This document shows, one piece after another, positions 26,099-38,033 of a DNA stretch of 64,000 nucleotides (its first letter is position 1; each line of letters starts with the position of its first letter). The notes beneath the pieces are model-generated. The model saw nothing but the letters and a program-made list of their open reading frames with translations, was not told the DNA's origin and ran no database searches. The translations under genes and the position numbers were made by a program. Origin of the DNA: Gonapodya sp. JEL0774 (taxonomy: Eukaryota); assembly GCA_027604505.1 (NCBI GenBank), contig JADIIX010000014.1:124001-188000 (forward strand). The letters are read 5' to 3'.

Positions 26099-26607
26099 GG
26101 TTTGTAGTGATCGATGTAACCGGCAGTGTTCCGGAAAGTGTCCGTTCTGCTGCGTGCGAAGCACCTTCGCATTCGCAGGGACCAATATTGGGAAATGACA
26201 TGGTATCACCATGGGGAAAGAGAAACTCCAGTCTGTTTTTTTTTTATGTTTGATTTGTTGAGGTGCGCTAACACGAATGCTGGAAATGAATTCATTTGCC
26301 AAGTTCGCCCACTTCCCCACGATGACCTCCAATAAAGACACCACTCCACCACCCCCACAATGAAGTTCGAGTCTCTTGAGGGGATTATTTCTGGTAGGAC
26401 CATTCATGTGAGTTCAAGAACCCCAGTCCCATCACGGCCCAGGCAAGACAATGCGTCACACTATATGCAGTCCCTTAGGTCGCACGATCAAATTCAGATA
26501 GTTCATAATCTTTTTCATCCAACAAGGACAAATGATGCAATGCGCCAGGCAACATGTCAACACAATGACACACGACAAAATCAACATATATACAAGCTGT
26601 GATTCAA

Positions 26608-28709
26608 TCACACCATAATCAACACAGTTGCCACCAGCACAGCAAGCGCAACTGACCCGACCAGCGTTCGTGCTCCCCGCTCCACACTGGACCCGCCAGT
26701 CTTTCCTGTTCCTGTTCCGGTGGCACCGGTCCCTGAACTCCCTGTGCTCGTCGCTCCAGCGGCGCTCGTCGTGGAAGTGCTGCTCGACTTGTACCCTCCC
26801 ACCCTCTGTCCCTCCACTCCATTCACCGCGTCTACGGCCCGGAACACGTCACCTTGGTCGTAATAATCGAATCGAAGGAAGTTTGGGAAGTAGCCTAGGT
26901 TGTTGCAGGTCGCCACGTGCAGGAGGATATTAGAATAAGAGTTGGTGGTGGCTACACTGGACGTTGTAGGGACATAGACAATGTTCGGGTCACGAGGATT
27001 GGAACCGCTGATAGGTGTGCTGACAGCATGGTGGCTACGGGATGAGGTAAACATTTGAGTGTTCATTTTATGTATCCGCGAGTGTGATGCGGACAGGAGC
27101 AGGACATAAGAGAGGGACACGGTCGCGGTGAACGACACTTACACACTCAGCAATGGATTCAACACTCCGCTGGGTCTGTCGAGGGCACAATCAGCGTTTA
27201 GCGCTGTTACATTCCAATAGATGTAAAATGTATCGGTGAAAAAGTCCGTGGTCAGCATCAGCCTTGGTGATATGGATTGTGAGGTTGAATGATGTAGGTC
27301 GCAGAAGGTAAGAGGTGTAGAGTTGAAGACAAGTAAATCAAAATAAAACCTCACTGATCCGCGCTCGGGAGTTCAAAGGAGACACAAGAGCCTCGAAAGA
27401 GCTCCTCACTCACCACGGATAACTCGCATAATCCACATTCTGGTCCGTGAAAACTACGAGACGCTTGTTCTGGGAAATGAGGTCCGCAAGTGTGGGCCAG
27501 GTGGTGGCACCTTGAACCCCGGTATAAGCGTACTGGGAGATGAAGCGGAGGGCCGATGCACGAACGGACAAGAGTAGTGACAGAGAGGAACGAGTCAGCA
27601 CAAGTACGTCAGTTCCGCAGAACTGCCAGTATATCCTGACCGAACCATCACGGTAAACAACCACCTTCAACTCACATCTACAAGCCCTGCGGCACTCATT
27701 AATGTTGCAACCTGCTGCGCTGGCACGTTGTCGTAGTTCTCGTACGTGATGACCACCACCTCATTCGGGTTCGCGTCGAGAAAGGTCTTGAAGACAGTCA
27801 GCGCGCTTGAGAGTGGCCCCGCGTCGAGAAAGAGGAGGTTGTCACATTGGGTGTGGCAGAGTTCGACGACGCCTGAGGTGAGAAGGGGGATTGTCGGTGG
27901 GTAATCTCTCGTAGAGTTGCCATCGCAAACAAGAATCATCGCACAGATGAAGCAAGGCCTCTTTCCATCCCATCCTGTACCGAATGTGTATACAGCTTAC
28001 ATCATGCGGCCATCCCCCCGGTCCTCAACCAACCTGCTTTCCAATGCAAGTCCAATTCGAACATCCTGATTCCATCTGCTAGCTGAGTCTTAATATCCTT
28101 CTTTTGGTTTGCAGCCAAGGCATCACCGACTGCGTAGCTGTTGTCTGGTGGGTAGGGTCGGTGGAGAAGGAGGGAGGCGGGGTGTAGGTGATTTATGATG
28201 GGGTAGGCAACGTTTTATTGGTGTGAGGCGAGACCACTCACGTGTTCCCGGGAACGCGACTGGTAAAATTTCAGGACGGGTTGACGAAGGGGGACGAGGA
28301 CAGAGGTGACGTTAGGATCATCGTATGGGAGACGGTGACACATTCATATAACAGCCCAAGCAAAAATGTCCATCGACGAAGAAAAAGTGATCCGTTGTCG
28401 GAAGGTCTACCATATGATTAACGAGATTATCTGGATCGTGATTCCTCTCTACGGCAAACACAGCACTTGTGTCCGTTCACCTTCGCTCGCTGTTGCGATC
28501 TCTTCAACCTGACTTGGATCCAACAGCAAGTCAACTTATCGAGGAGGCAGCTCACCTCTTGTAAGCGGCTTTGAACACAGAGCAGAGAAGCCATTACACC
28601 TTTGGGTAGAGGTCGAATTTGCGGATGCTTGGGCATTGGAAGAAGGGACGACGAGAGCCAGTACAAGCAGAGGGAGCAAAGTACGGCATGATACGGCGGT
28701 AACGCGCAT
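26608..28709 (-). CDS. Secreted, probably GPI-anchored PI-PLC X-domain (PLC-like phosphodiesterase) protein, multi-exon
   Basis: Signal peptide; CNGFSALCSK../VAFPGT/HNSYA..AANQKKDIKTQLADGIRMFELDLH; VELCHTQC..LDAG; FLDANPNEVVVI; WPTLADLISQNKRLVVF; PNFLRFDYYDQG; Ser/Thr/Gly linker and hydrophobic C-terminus. Confidence 0.9.
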
Positions 28710-30642
28710 TTGAAGAGGGGGGAGGAAACTTCGGGCTTTGTGGGGTTTTTGTCTGATCTCCGCTGAGGCATGAGGAGCTCTCGGGTCTCGTTTCATGCAC
28801 TTTTCAGTGGGGTCCCTTAGTACGAGCTGTGCATTCTTATCAACTACCTGTAGGATCGCAACCTCTTACATTTGCTATCATTTGAATTTGTCTTCGTTGC
28901 ACCTGGAGACTTTCTGCTGTGCTGTGAGTGCCGCTGCGGTATTTCTTGCCTCAAATTTCGCAACTTACTCAGTTCTGCAGCCTTTACCCCGGTTGGACAT
29001 AACTGCGCACCGTTTGAGGATATTCGCGGCTTGTCTGGTTATGTGGTGAGGCTGCCTATGTCATGACCATGGTTCTTGTGTGTGTAGAGTGCGACTAGTG
29101 AATCAAACCGGCGGAACCGCCATAACGCGACTTCTCTCTGTTGTGGAAGGTGAAATCTCCTTGTTGTTTTTTTGGACATGAAGAAGAACAGTTTTGTTGA
29201 CGAGAAGCCGGTACTAAAAGGTGAGTCGGAAATCTGCTCGCTCGAGCCAGGATGGATGGTTGTCCATGTGGACAGTTGTGGAGAGCATCCTCGACTGAGA
29301 CAATAATCTCTTGTAACAAAGTATGAGGAGCAGTTCAGCCAAGTCAATGTATTCTTCAGTGTTTCACCGTTGCGTGCACTCTTACGCGCACACGTTTATC
29401 CGTCGTTGTTTTTGGCATCACTCCGTTGCTTGAAATAAAACTGGCGGATATAGTCGTTCGCATTTACGTATGTACAGAGGAACCATGAGAACGGGGTTTG
29501 CGTCTGATGGATGACGGCCGTATTGACTCCATCCGTGACCACGCGCACCAAAAGTCAAATATGTGATTTACTGTGATATTTCAGGTGAGAGGGACAGGAG
29601 AAAGTCAGAACGAAATGAAAAGAGCAGAGCCTACATAAACTAGAGCAAACTCCGAGCAAAAACGAAAAAAATTTAAGAGTGGCGATCCAGCGAGAGAGTG
29701 GAATGGGAAAGAACCAAAAAAACATTCGTTGAATTGAGCAGAGGGCGGACGAACGGGGGAAGATGATAGTTTGAAAAAACAAAAGTAGAGTGGCGATAGT
29801 TAGGATTCGAAGGTGGACTGCGTCTTACGCGCACCTTTCCACATTCTCGTCCGCCCATCAGCGACAAGCTCTTCTTATACATACGAACTAAACTACAATA
29901 TATACAATATTTTAACATTGTTTGGCAAGTATTCCCTCCAAACCAGGACTTCCTCGAGTGAAATCTTCCAAACTCACACACCCAGCATCGTTCGCTTCTC
30001 ACACCAAACATTCTGTGAGTCTATGGCATAAGACTCATGTTTTAGATAGGGCCTCTCAGGATAGAAACTAAGAAGAAAGGCCCCCCACACCCCCTCTGGA
30101 ACCGAATCTGCTCTCTGTCAACTTCAGGAGAATTTCAAACCAAACATCGCACCCCTATATCTGAGCCACATCCCGTCTCTTTCGAGGGGACACATTCGGC
30201 CCCACTGTGAGGCGACGATATATTTACATGAAAGTAGAGCGAATTTCATTTCTTACACTTTATGGGGAATGCGAGATGGGAGCTTCTGGCCGGCAAACGT
30301 CAAGAGTCCCGCAAGCACTCTCCGCCAAAGGAACAATTGAAGTAGAGCGCTACTTCTTTCAATTGCCCAAGTGTACGGGCGTGTCCTACTGCGCCAGAAC
30401 AGTTGGCCGCTGCAGACCGGTGAGGCCAGTGCGAAATTATGGATTTGTGGCCAGTAAGTGAAGGTAACAATAATAGGTTCGTCATAGGACAGCCAGCCCA
30501 TCTAAATGTTGCTTATAAGTTTCTGAGACAGGCCTCGGCTTCTAGATTTGTTTATATTTTGGTAGTGATTTTGCAGCTGCAATAACTTGATTCAAAAACT
30601 TGCGAAGGGCGAGCCGCCTGTCCACTCCTCATCCCCAACGTT

Positions 30643-33600
30643 ATGAGGGGGTGGTCGATTTTCGTTCTCGCTGCCCTTTCTGCAGCAGCGGTCAAGTCCG
30701 TTCCTCTCAATGATTTGGAAATCGTCGTCGCTTCCCTCGACCCAGCTCTTACCATCCATAAACCGTGTGCGCCGTGAGTTCCGACACCGAGCTGATCGAG
30801 CTCCGATCCCGCACTCACTTGGCGTCATCGCGGGCTTAGAAAACAAGTAAAGGCATATCTCGACGAAGTCAATGACATTTTGAGCGAGGCGGAACGCGTC
30901 GCCGTGAGTGGTGGTCTCATTTGAGATGTGGATGTGGTGACCTGCAACGATCCAACAATGACACCGACTCGCATATCACCACCTTAGTCTGAAGCAGCGT
31001 GGGCTTACGAAACAGATGTTACGGATGAAAACCTCGCGAAGCTTGCAGATGCGGATGTCGCCTTCTCGTCCCTCGCGCTCAAGACCTCAAGGAGGACGGC
31101 GAAGCTCTTTGGAAAATGCGACTTGACGGGGCCCAAGTTCCCAGCCAGCCTCGGAAGGCAAGTCAAGGTGTGTTTTCCTTTTCATTCATAGAGTACTCCG
31201 CGAAGTATAACCTCCCCAATCATTGGGTATCTGCGGCTGACCTTTTCCTCAGTTCCTGATCGAACTCTCCACCGACACCCCATCCTCCAAATCTGACCAG
31301 AAGCGTCTCGCTCAAGTCATCGGAGAGATGACTTCCACATATGCCAAGGCTCGCGTCGACGGACATTTGCTTGACCCGGACCTCACTGCCACACTTGCCA
31401 CATCCCGTAACGCCGACGAACTCGAACGCGTATACGTGGGCTGGAGGGATGCCAACAAGGTGTCCAAAGCACCGTTTTCGGAGTACGTTGAACTCCAGAA
31501 TAAAGCGGCCGCTGAGAACGGTTATAAGGATATGGGTGCTGTTTGGTGAGTTGTCCCAAACTGGTCCCACAGCGAGACCGAGTCGACTCCAAGTTAGCTA
31601 CATCTCGGAGGGCCACTCCCCGCATCGATTGTAGCGCAGTCCTAAACCAGCGTGTACGATGTGGTTTGTCTCGTACGGGGCGAGATCAGAGGATCCAGCC
31701 TGCTTCCTCTTTTTGCATTCGCGGTCATGGTTCTTGCGTTTACTGATGGACCAAACCACTCCCCTTGCCTCTGTCCAGGCGTTCAGGCTACGAAATGCCC
31801 ACCGCTGAGTTTGACGAGCTTCTCCTTACCGCACTGTACGTATCCAGTTTTCCACGCACTTATTTTTGTCCCACGGTTTTGGTGACATCATCTCGTCTCG
31901 TCTTTCTGAATCACCTCTCGAATGCTGCCGCCCTCCACTCAAGTTCTCAAATCTCTCCCCTCTACGACGCTCTCCACTGCTACACTTACCACAAGTTGCG
32001 ATCCTTCTATGGCCCCTCAGTGGTCGACGGAGACGACGGGTTGATACCTGCCCACCTTCTGGGAAACATGTGGTCCCAGGACTGGTCGAACATTTACGAC
32101 ATCTTGACACCGTATCCGGACGTGGTGTCGCCAACGATTAGTGAGTTGGATGGGCCGGTGCACGAAAGGTTGTGCGGGACGGTGATGATCCCGATGTGCG
32201 ATTACATCGCTTACGTGAAGTGGGGAAGGCGTATTTCAACGAGTACATGGACATACGATGCGTTTAGGCTTCCCAAGAGCTCATTTGATTGATTCCCCCG
32301 GCGCCGCTGTCTGAGTGCTTCCACCTCATCCACAGCTCCAGAACTCATCCGTCAAAATTACACCGCCGTCAAGGTCCATCAACTTGCCGAATCATTTTAC
32401 GTGAGCCTGGGATTCGGTGAGCTGCCTCCCTGCCCGTCAGTGACCTCCCTTTGTACTCATTTAATGCCACCATCCAACTTTGCCATTGCACGATCTCCCC
32501 ATTCACTCCCTTTACACCAAAATCATTTGTGCTCCACTATTCCTGAGACTAGACCCCCTCCCAGAAACCTTCTGGAAGCGAAGTATGCTAGTTCGACCGG
32601 AAGGTCGCGAAGTAGTGTGCCATGCCAGCGCGTGGGATTTCGGTGAGGAGTGAGTATTGTTGATCATATCGAGAAGAAAGGGTTCGAATGACCGTGGCTC
32701 TGGACTCGATGCGATCGACGAACGAGAATGACGCGTTGCTTGGCATTCGGAGCGAGCCTCTTATGTTAAGTTGATTTTTTTTAGTGACTTACGGATAAAG
32801 ATGTGCACGACGGTGACTCAGGAGGACGTCGCGACCGTGCACCACGAACAGGGGGTAAGTGCTACCAAGGGGATTTTCCTTAGGATACCACGTCGTGTCC
32901 CTCACTTCCACCCCATCCTGTACGGCACCCGAAACTCTCTATTCTCACGCGAAGCATCTGAACTATGACCATCACTACCGTTTCCAGCCCTACACCTTCC
33001 GAGGTGGAGCCAACGATGGCTTTCACGAAGCGATCGGGGACACGGTCGTGCTGAGTTTCCAGACGCCGGGACATCTGAGAGATGATTTAGGGATGCTGCC
33101 ACCGGAGGATGGTGGGGGGAAAGAGTGTTAGTATCGCTCCAGGTGGGGAAGATGCGACTGTGCTCACCAAAGTCGCTGGGATCCTGTCTGTTCGTCCAGA
33201 TGAAGCGCTGATTAACTATCAGCTCCATGTGGCTTTGGAGAGGATTGCAGTACTACCCTGGACGTTCTTGATGGTATGTGAATGGTGGGATCACGCGCGC
33301 GGCGCAAAGATACCGCGGGCAGGCGATTGAAACGTTTCGTCCACCACAACCTCCGTCTCCCCACAAATACTCCCTCTCTCTCGTGTGCGCGTGCCTACGA
33401 TCGGGTACTCTCCGTTCACTCGGTGGGATGCCTCTTTTGCACGTCAATGACCACAGGACAAGTGGCGTTGGGAGGTGTTTGAGGGTCTCCCGTCGGACCA
33501 GTGGAACACGCGATGGTGGCAACTCATCACGAAGCACCAGGTGAGCCTCCATTTCGATATGTCGTGTCACGCTCACCGAGGACATATGTCAGTGCTCTCG

Positions 33601-34434
33601 GAGTCGGATGATGTAGTTGAAAAAATTCAAATCGTACGCTTTGCTCGTCGTATGCGCAGGGGTTGAAAGCCCCAAAAAGTCTCGACACCGAGGCGCCTGA
33701 TGCATTCGATCCCGCTGCAAAGTACCATATCTCTGCCAACGGTGAGTTACCTAACATGATTTCATTGCTGTTGCTTCGGGTGATGTGCCATGTGTTCTAT
33801 CTTTGTGCCTAACGATGCGCACCTTTGCTATATCTCGCGTGTGTGCTGAACACCGTCACCGATTCCATTAGTACCCTACATACGCTACTTTTTAGCGGCC
33901 ATCTACCAATGTGAGTGTTCCTCTCTTTCTTCGGATGCTCGGTAGAAGGGATGACTCTACGACAATACATCTATTCTCAATTGGACTGCTCCTCCTCCGC
34001 CCATTCCATTCCCCTCCCCTCACCAGTTCAATTTCATCGCGCACTTTGCTATGCGGCGCATCCTTCGGCCACTCCTGCACTGCACGAATGTTCGATTTAC
34101 GGGAGTAAAGCTGCGGGCCAGTTGTTTGGAGAGATGTTGGCGATGGGTAGGTCGGAGCCATGGCAGAAGGTGGGTTGTCTCATTGATATGTTTGCACCTA
34201 CGCACAAACTCTTATGCGTTCCACTATCTCAATTTTCTCTCAATTTTCTCTCAATTTTCTGTTGCTTGCTCTTGTATTTCCCTGGGTGTCACCGACCAGG
34301 CCATGTCGGTGATCACGCAGGGTCGGGAGGACACGCTGAATGGGACGGCGGTGGTGGACTATTTCGCACCGCTTGTCGAGTGGTTGAGGAAGCAAAACGA
34401 AGGCAAATCTTGCGCTTGGAAAAGTGGATTGTAA
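30643..34434 (+). CDS. Angiotensin-converting enzyme-like peptidyl-dipeptidase (peptidase M2), single domain, secreted, many exons
   Basis: Signal peptide [144 protein letters not shown]. Confidence 0.95.
34227..34260. repeat. Intronic tandem repeat, 11-bp unit (tctcaattttc) x3
   Basis: tctcaattttc tctcaattttc tctcaattttc t read directly in the last intron of the ACE-like gene. Confidence 0.85.
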
Positions 34435-35209
34435 GTGAAAGTCGGTTACTGAACGTAGCACGTACTTGCACAGGAGATGACGGCGGTCGGGTGAGAAAAG
34501 AATTATCAGAGGAGTTAACGTGAACATGTAAATGACTACAAAACAAAGATGGTTCTCAAATGTCGCTTCGCTGCCTTTCCCCAACGTCACCAAAAGTCCG
34601 TGCATTAACAAGGAAGATCAGATTTACAAATCGACATCAACAACAGAAAAGCGGCTGTGTGAACGGATTGCTAGCAGTTCCGTACTCGGCAGACACTATG
34701 TATGGCGATGGGCACCGCCAGCACGTGTGTGGGCATATTTTCGTTCGTTTATGTACTATCTGGTACCGGCAGTATAATATCTAAGCTGAAGAAGCAGAGC
34801 GGGATTGAGAGTGTTTCGAGACAGAGTGACTGGAATAGACAGCGAAATTTGATTTATTCTCCTACCGAAATAACACGACAGCGCAAATGGTTTACAATCA
34901 AATTAATTGAATTGTCTCGATTTGAATCTCGATATACAAATTCGGGTTTCTTTTTTTTGGGGAACTGTGCCAGCACCGGAAGCAAAACGCTTGGCGAGCA
35001 AAGATCTTATCGGAGACCACGACACCAAGAGAAACCACGAAGGGCATAAGCGGACACGAAGACAGGACGAAAAAGCGACTGCGCAGACAAAGCAAAATTC
35101 CTCAGCAATTCCGTCTTGAGCGACGCCTGTTCCCCTGCTATCATCCGCCACCCACAGCCACTAGGCCGCTGTCTGGAACTCCTGCCATAGCCAGCAACAC
35201 GAGAGCAAC

Positions 35210-38033
35210 ATGGAATCGATGACCAAGTTTGGAAACTGGTCTGTCGGCGCTGACGTTGGCAAGGGCTCGTTTGCCGCTGTCGCCGAATGCTCGCACGACT
35301 CGGGTCTGCGTGGTGCGTGCTTTGTCGTGCATGTTCATCGGAACCTGATTGTATCTGGACTGAACTTTGACTTTCAACCAACCCGCACGCCCAACTGCGG
35401 ATCAATCGATTCACCCATTCTCTTGAGAAAGGCGTCGTCAAGACAACGCCCCGGTCCCAAATCAAGGAGAACCCCAGGCTGCCCCTCTTTGTCACTCGCG
35501 AACTCGCCACGCAGCTCCACACTGATTCGCATCCAAACATTCCAAAAATTTACGACTATGTCGAATCGGACTTCGGGTACCACCTGGTCATGGAAAAGTG
35601 CGAGGGTGAGGAACTTGTGAGTAATAAGTGCTGACAAAGCGGAGTGAGCCGAAGCGAACAGGGTCCGCGAGGTGAAAATGCCTGCTTTTTGGAGCAGTGT
35701 GCGGGAGTTGTACTGACGACGAGGAGAGCTGAGAAGGTCCACTTGAGTCCTGACCACACGGACAATCAGAACGATTCCGAGACCCGATGGACGGGAAACG
35801 CCCACCATCCTTTCTTCTTATTATTTTTTTATTGCCAAATGGTGCATTACTGCATGCCTATTTTCTGGTCGAATTTTTTTTTGCCCCTTGATTTTCGATT
35901 GGATCGGGTCGCACTTCCGCACTCCGCTCGTCCACCACTCGCGTGACTCACCCCAATCACCATTTTCCCCCCGCAGTTCGAATACCTCAAGAAACAACCA
36001 GGCAGCCGTCTTCCCGAAGACAAGGTCCGCATAATCATGCAGCAGCTGCTTTCCGCGCTAGATTTCATGCATAGGCGGTGGTGAGTTCCAATCTGATTGC
36101 CGAATACTGATGGAGTGGATGATGCCGGGTCCTTCGAAATGGGTTGGGGACTTTGTATCTTGAGGGAAGGTCTTTCTCTTTCGTTTGCTTGGTTGAAATG
36201 TGAACTGGGGGGATTGTGCATGTGAGAGAGGTCGCTTTTGGTCGCGATGCGCACCAATTGAGCACTTGGCCTCTTTCAAATAAGTCACACCTTCGTTTGC
36301 ACTTGTTCTTCGTTCGTCAATTTATTTTTTGGGATTTCCTTGCTCTGTTTGTTGGTCGTTTCTCACATCTGCTCCTCCTACGTGGTCTCGTTCCCGTCGA
36401 ACCGCTTCCTACGCTTCACCTCCGAAGTGTCCTCCACCGCGACATCAAACTTGACAACCTTATGATCGATCCGGTGACGTTTCACCTCATGGTGATTGAT
36501 TTCGTGAGTTGAAAGACTGTTTTAAACAACGTGACACATTAGCAATCCACTCACAAGCATCTGGATCCGCCGTGCCCTCTCACTTCAACCGTCACACCCC
36601 ACCTCACCACCCTCTAGAACCTCTCTACCTTCTTCCTCCCCACCTCCGTCCTCACTGAAGCCGTCGGCTGCGTCCACTACGCCAGCCCTCCGCTCCTCCT
36701 CGCTGCCGATTCCCACCCGTACCGCCCCGAACGCGGTGGACCCGACGTGTGGGCCGCTGGCGTGGTCTGCTACGGGCTCCTCGCAGGCTACTTCCCGTTC
36801 CGCCAGACGGTGCCCCGCAAGTTGCACAGGGAGATCCTCACCACGGCGCCGGGCAAGCTCGAGTGGCCGGCCCAAGGGGGAGCCGGGGGTGTGACGGTGA
36901 CGCGTGCAGCGAGGGATTTCGTTTGCAAGATGTTGGACCCGTTGACGCCTGTCACAGCTGGGGAGATGCTCCGCCACCCTTTCTTGGCCGGCAAGGACAT
37001 GCCTGAAGAGGAGGACGTCAGGGCTGCCCGGTCGGTCTCGCCCATCTCCTCTAGCACATCGTCCCCCGTGATTGTTGAAGAAGTCCGGTACGTTCCCACT
37101 CGCTCGGCGCGGTCACGGCCGAGCACGTGGCAGTACGACGCGACGGACGTGACGGCGAGCATGGTGGGGCTCGAGGACTGGCACAGGGTGGAACGGTCGT
37201 GTCAGCGGTACGCCGATAAGGTGCTCCAAAAGAGGAGAGTCGAGGTGCAGACGGACGCGAGGTTGCAGGAGAAGTGTCGTGTTGGGGCAGGACAGGCGGG
37301 TGCGGGGGGGAACGCAGGTTCCAACAGTCATCATATTTCGTTTGGTGTGGCGAAGTGCGACGGAGTCGTCATGTGGGACGGGACGGCGTGCGGAACAGGT
37401 GCAGATGCCACCGCTAGGGCAACATCCCCGACCACCCCAGCACCCGCTCCGGAACCCACTTCGCCGCGCCTGGGCAAGTTCAGTTTCGGCCGATCCTCCA
37501 CCACCTCGTCAGCGGCCTCGCACACGCGCACACTGTTTCGTCGTCTGCCCCGTCCGTTTTCCCTCGGCGGTGCCTCGGACAAGAGCGACACCACGGATGC
37601 GGACAGGGAGGCAGAGGCCGAAGCGCGTGCGGCTGACTTTGCGGACTCGCTGTCTGACGTTGAGACACTAGCACATCACGATACTGTGCATAGCGTTGAC
37701 GGGCGGGGAACGAGGCCGAGGTTGGTCATGAGCATATTCGGAAGTGGGTCGGGGTGGGGATCTGGTTCGGTGAACGGGTCCGTGAACGGTTCAATGTCGG
37801 GTTCGGTGTCTGGCGCAGGGTCTGGTGCGGCGTCGGGTTCGAGCTCGAGTCGACAAGGCGACTCCACGAGGGCTAGTACCGTTTCTGGATCGGGTGTGGC
37901 GGGGTCCGTAACGGACAGTCTGAGGAGGACCAACTCGTACGACCAGACGAGGGAAGGGGGGACATCGGAGGGAAAGATGCGGAGGACGAGGACGCTGCTG
38001 AGCATGTTTGGACGGGCGATGGGGAAGAAGTGA
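35210..38033 (+). CDS. Atypical CAMK/AMPK-like Ser/Thr kinase (DFN motif) with Ser/Gly-rich tail, multi-exon
   Basis: VGKGSFAAV, GVVK, TRELA, HPNIPKIYD, LVMEKCEGEEL, LHRDIKLDNLMID, VIDF/NLS, GCVHYASPP, DVWAAGVVCYGLLAGYFPF, MLRHPF. Confidence 0.85.
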
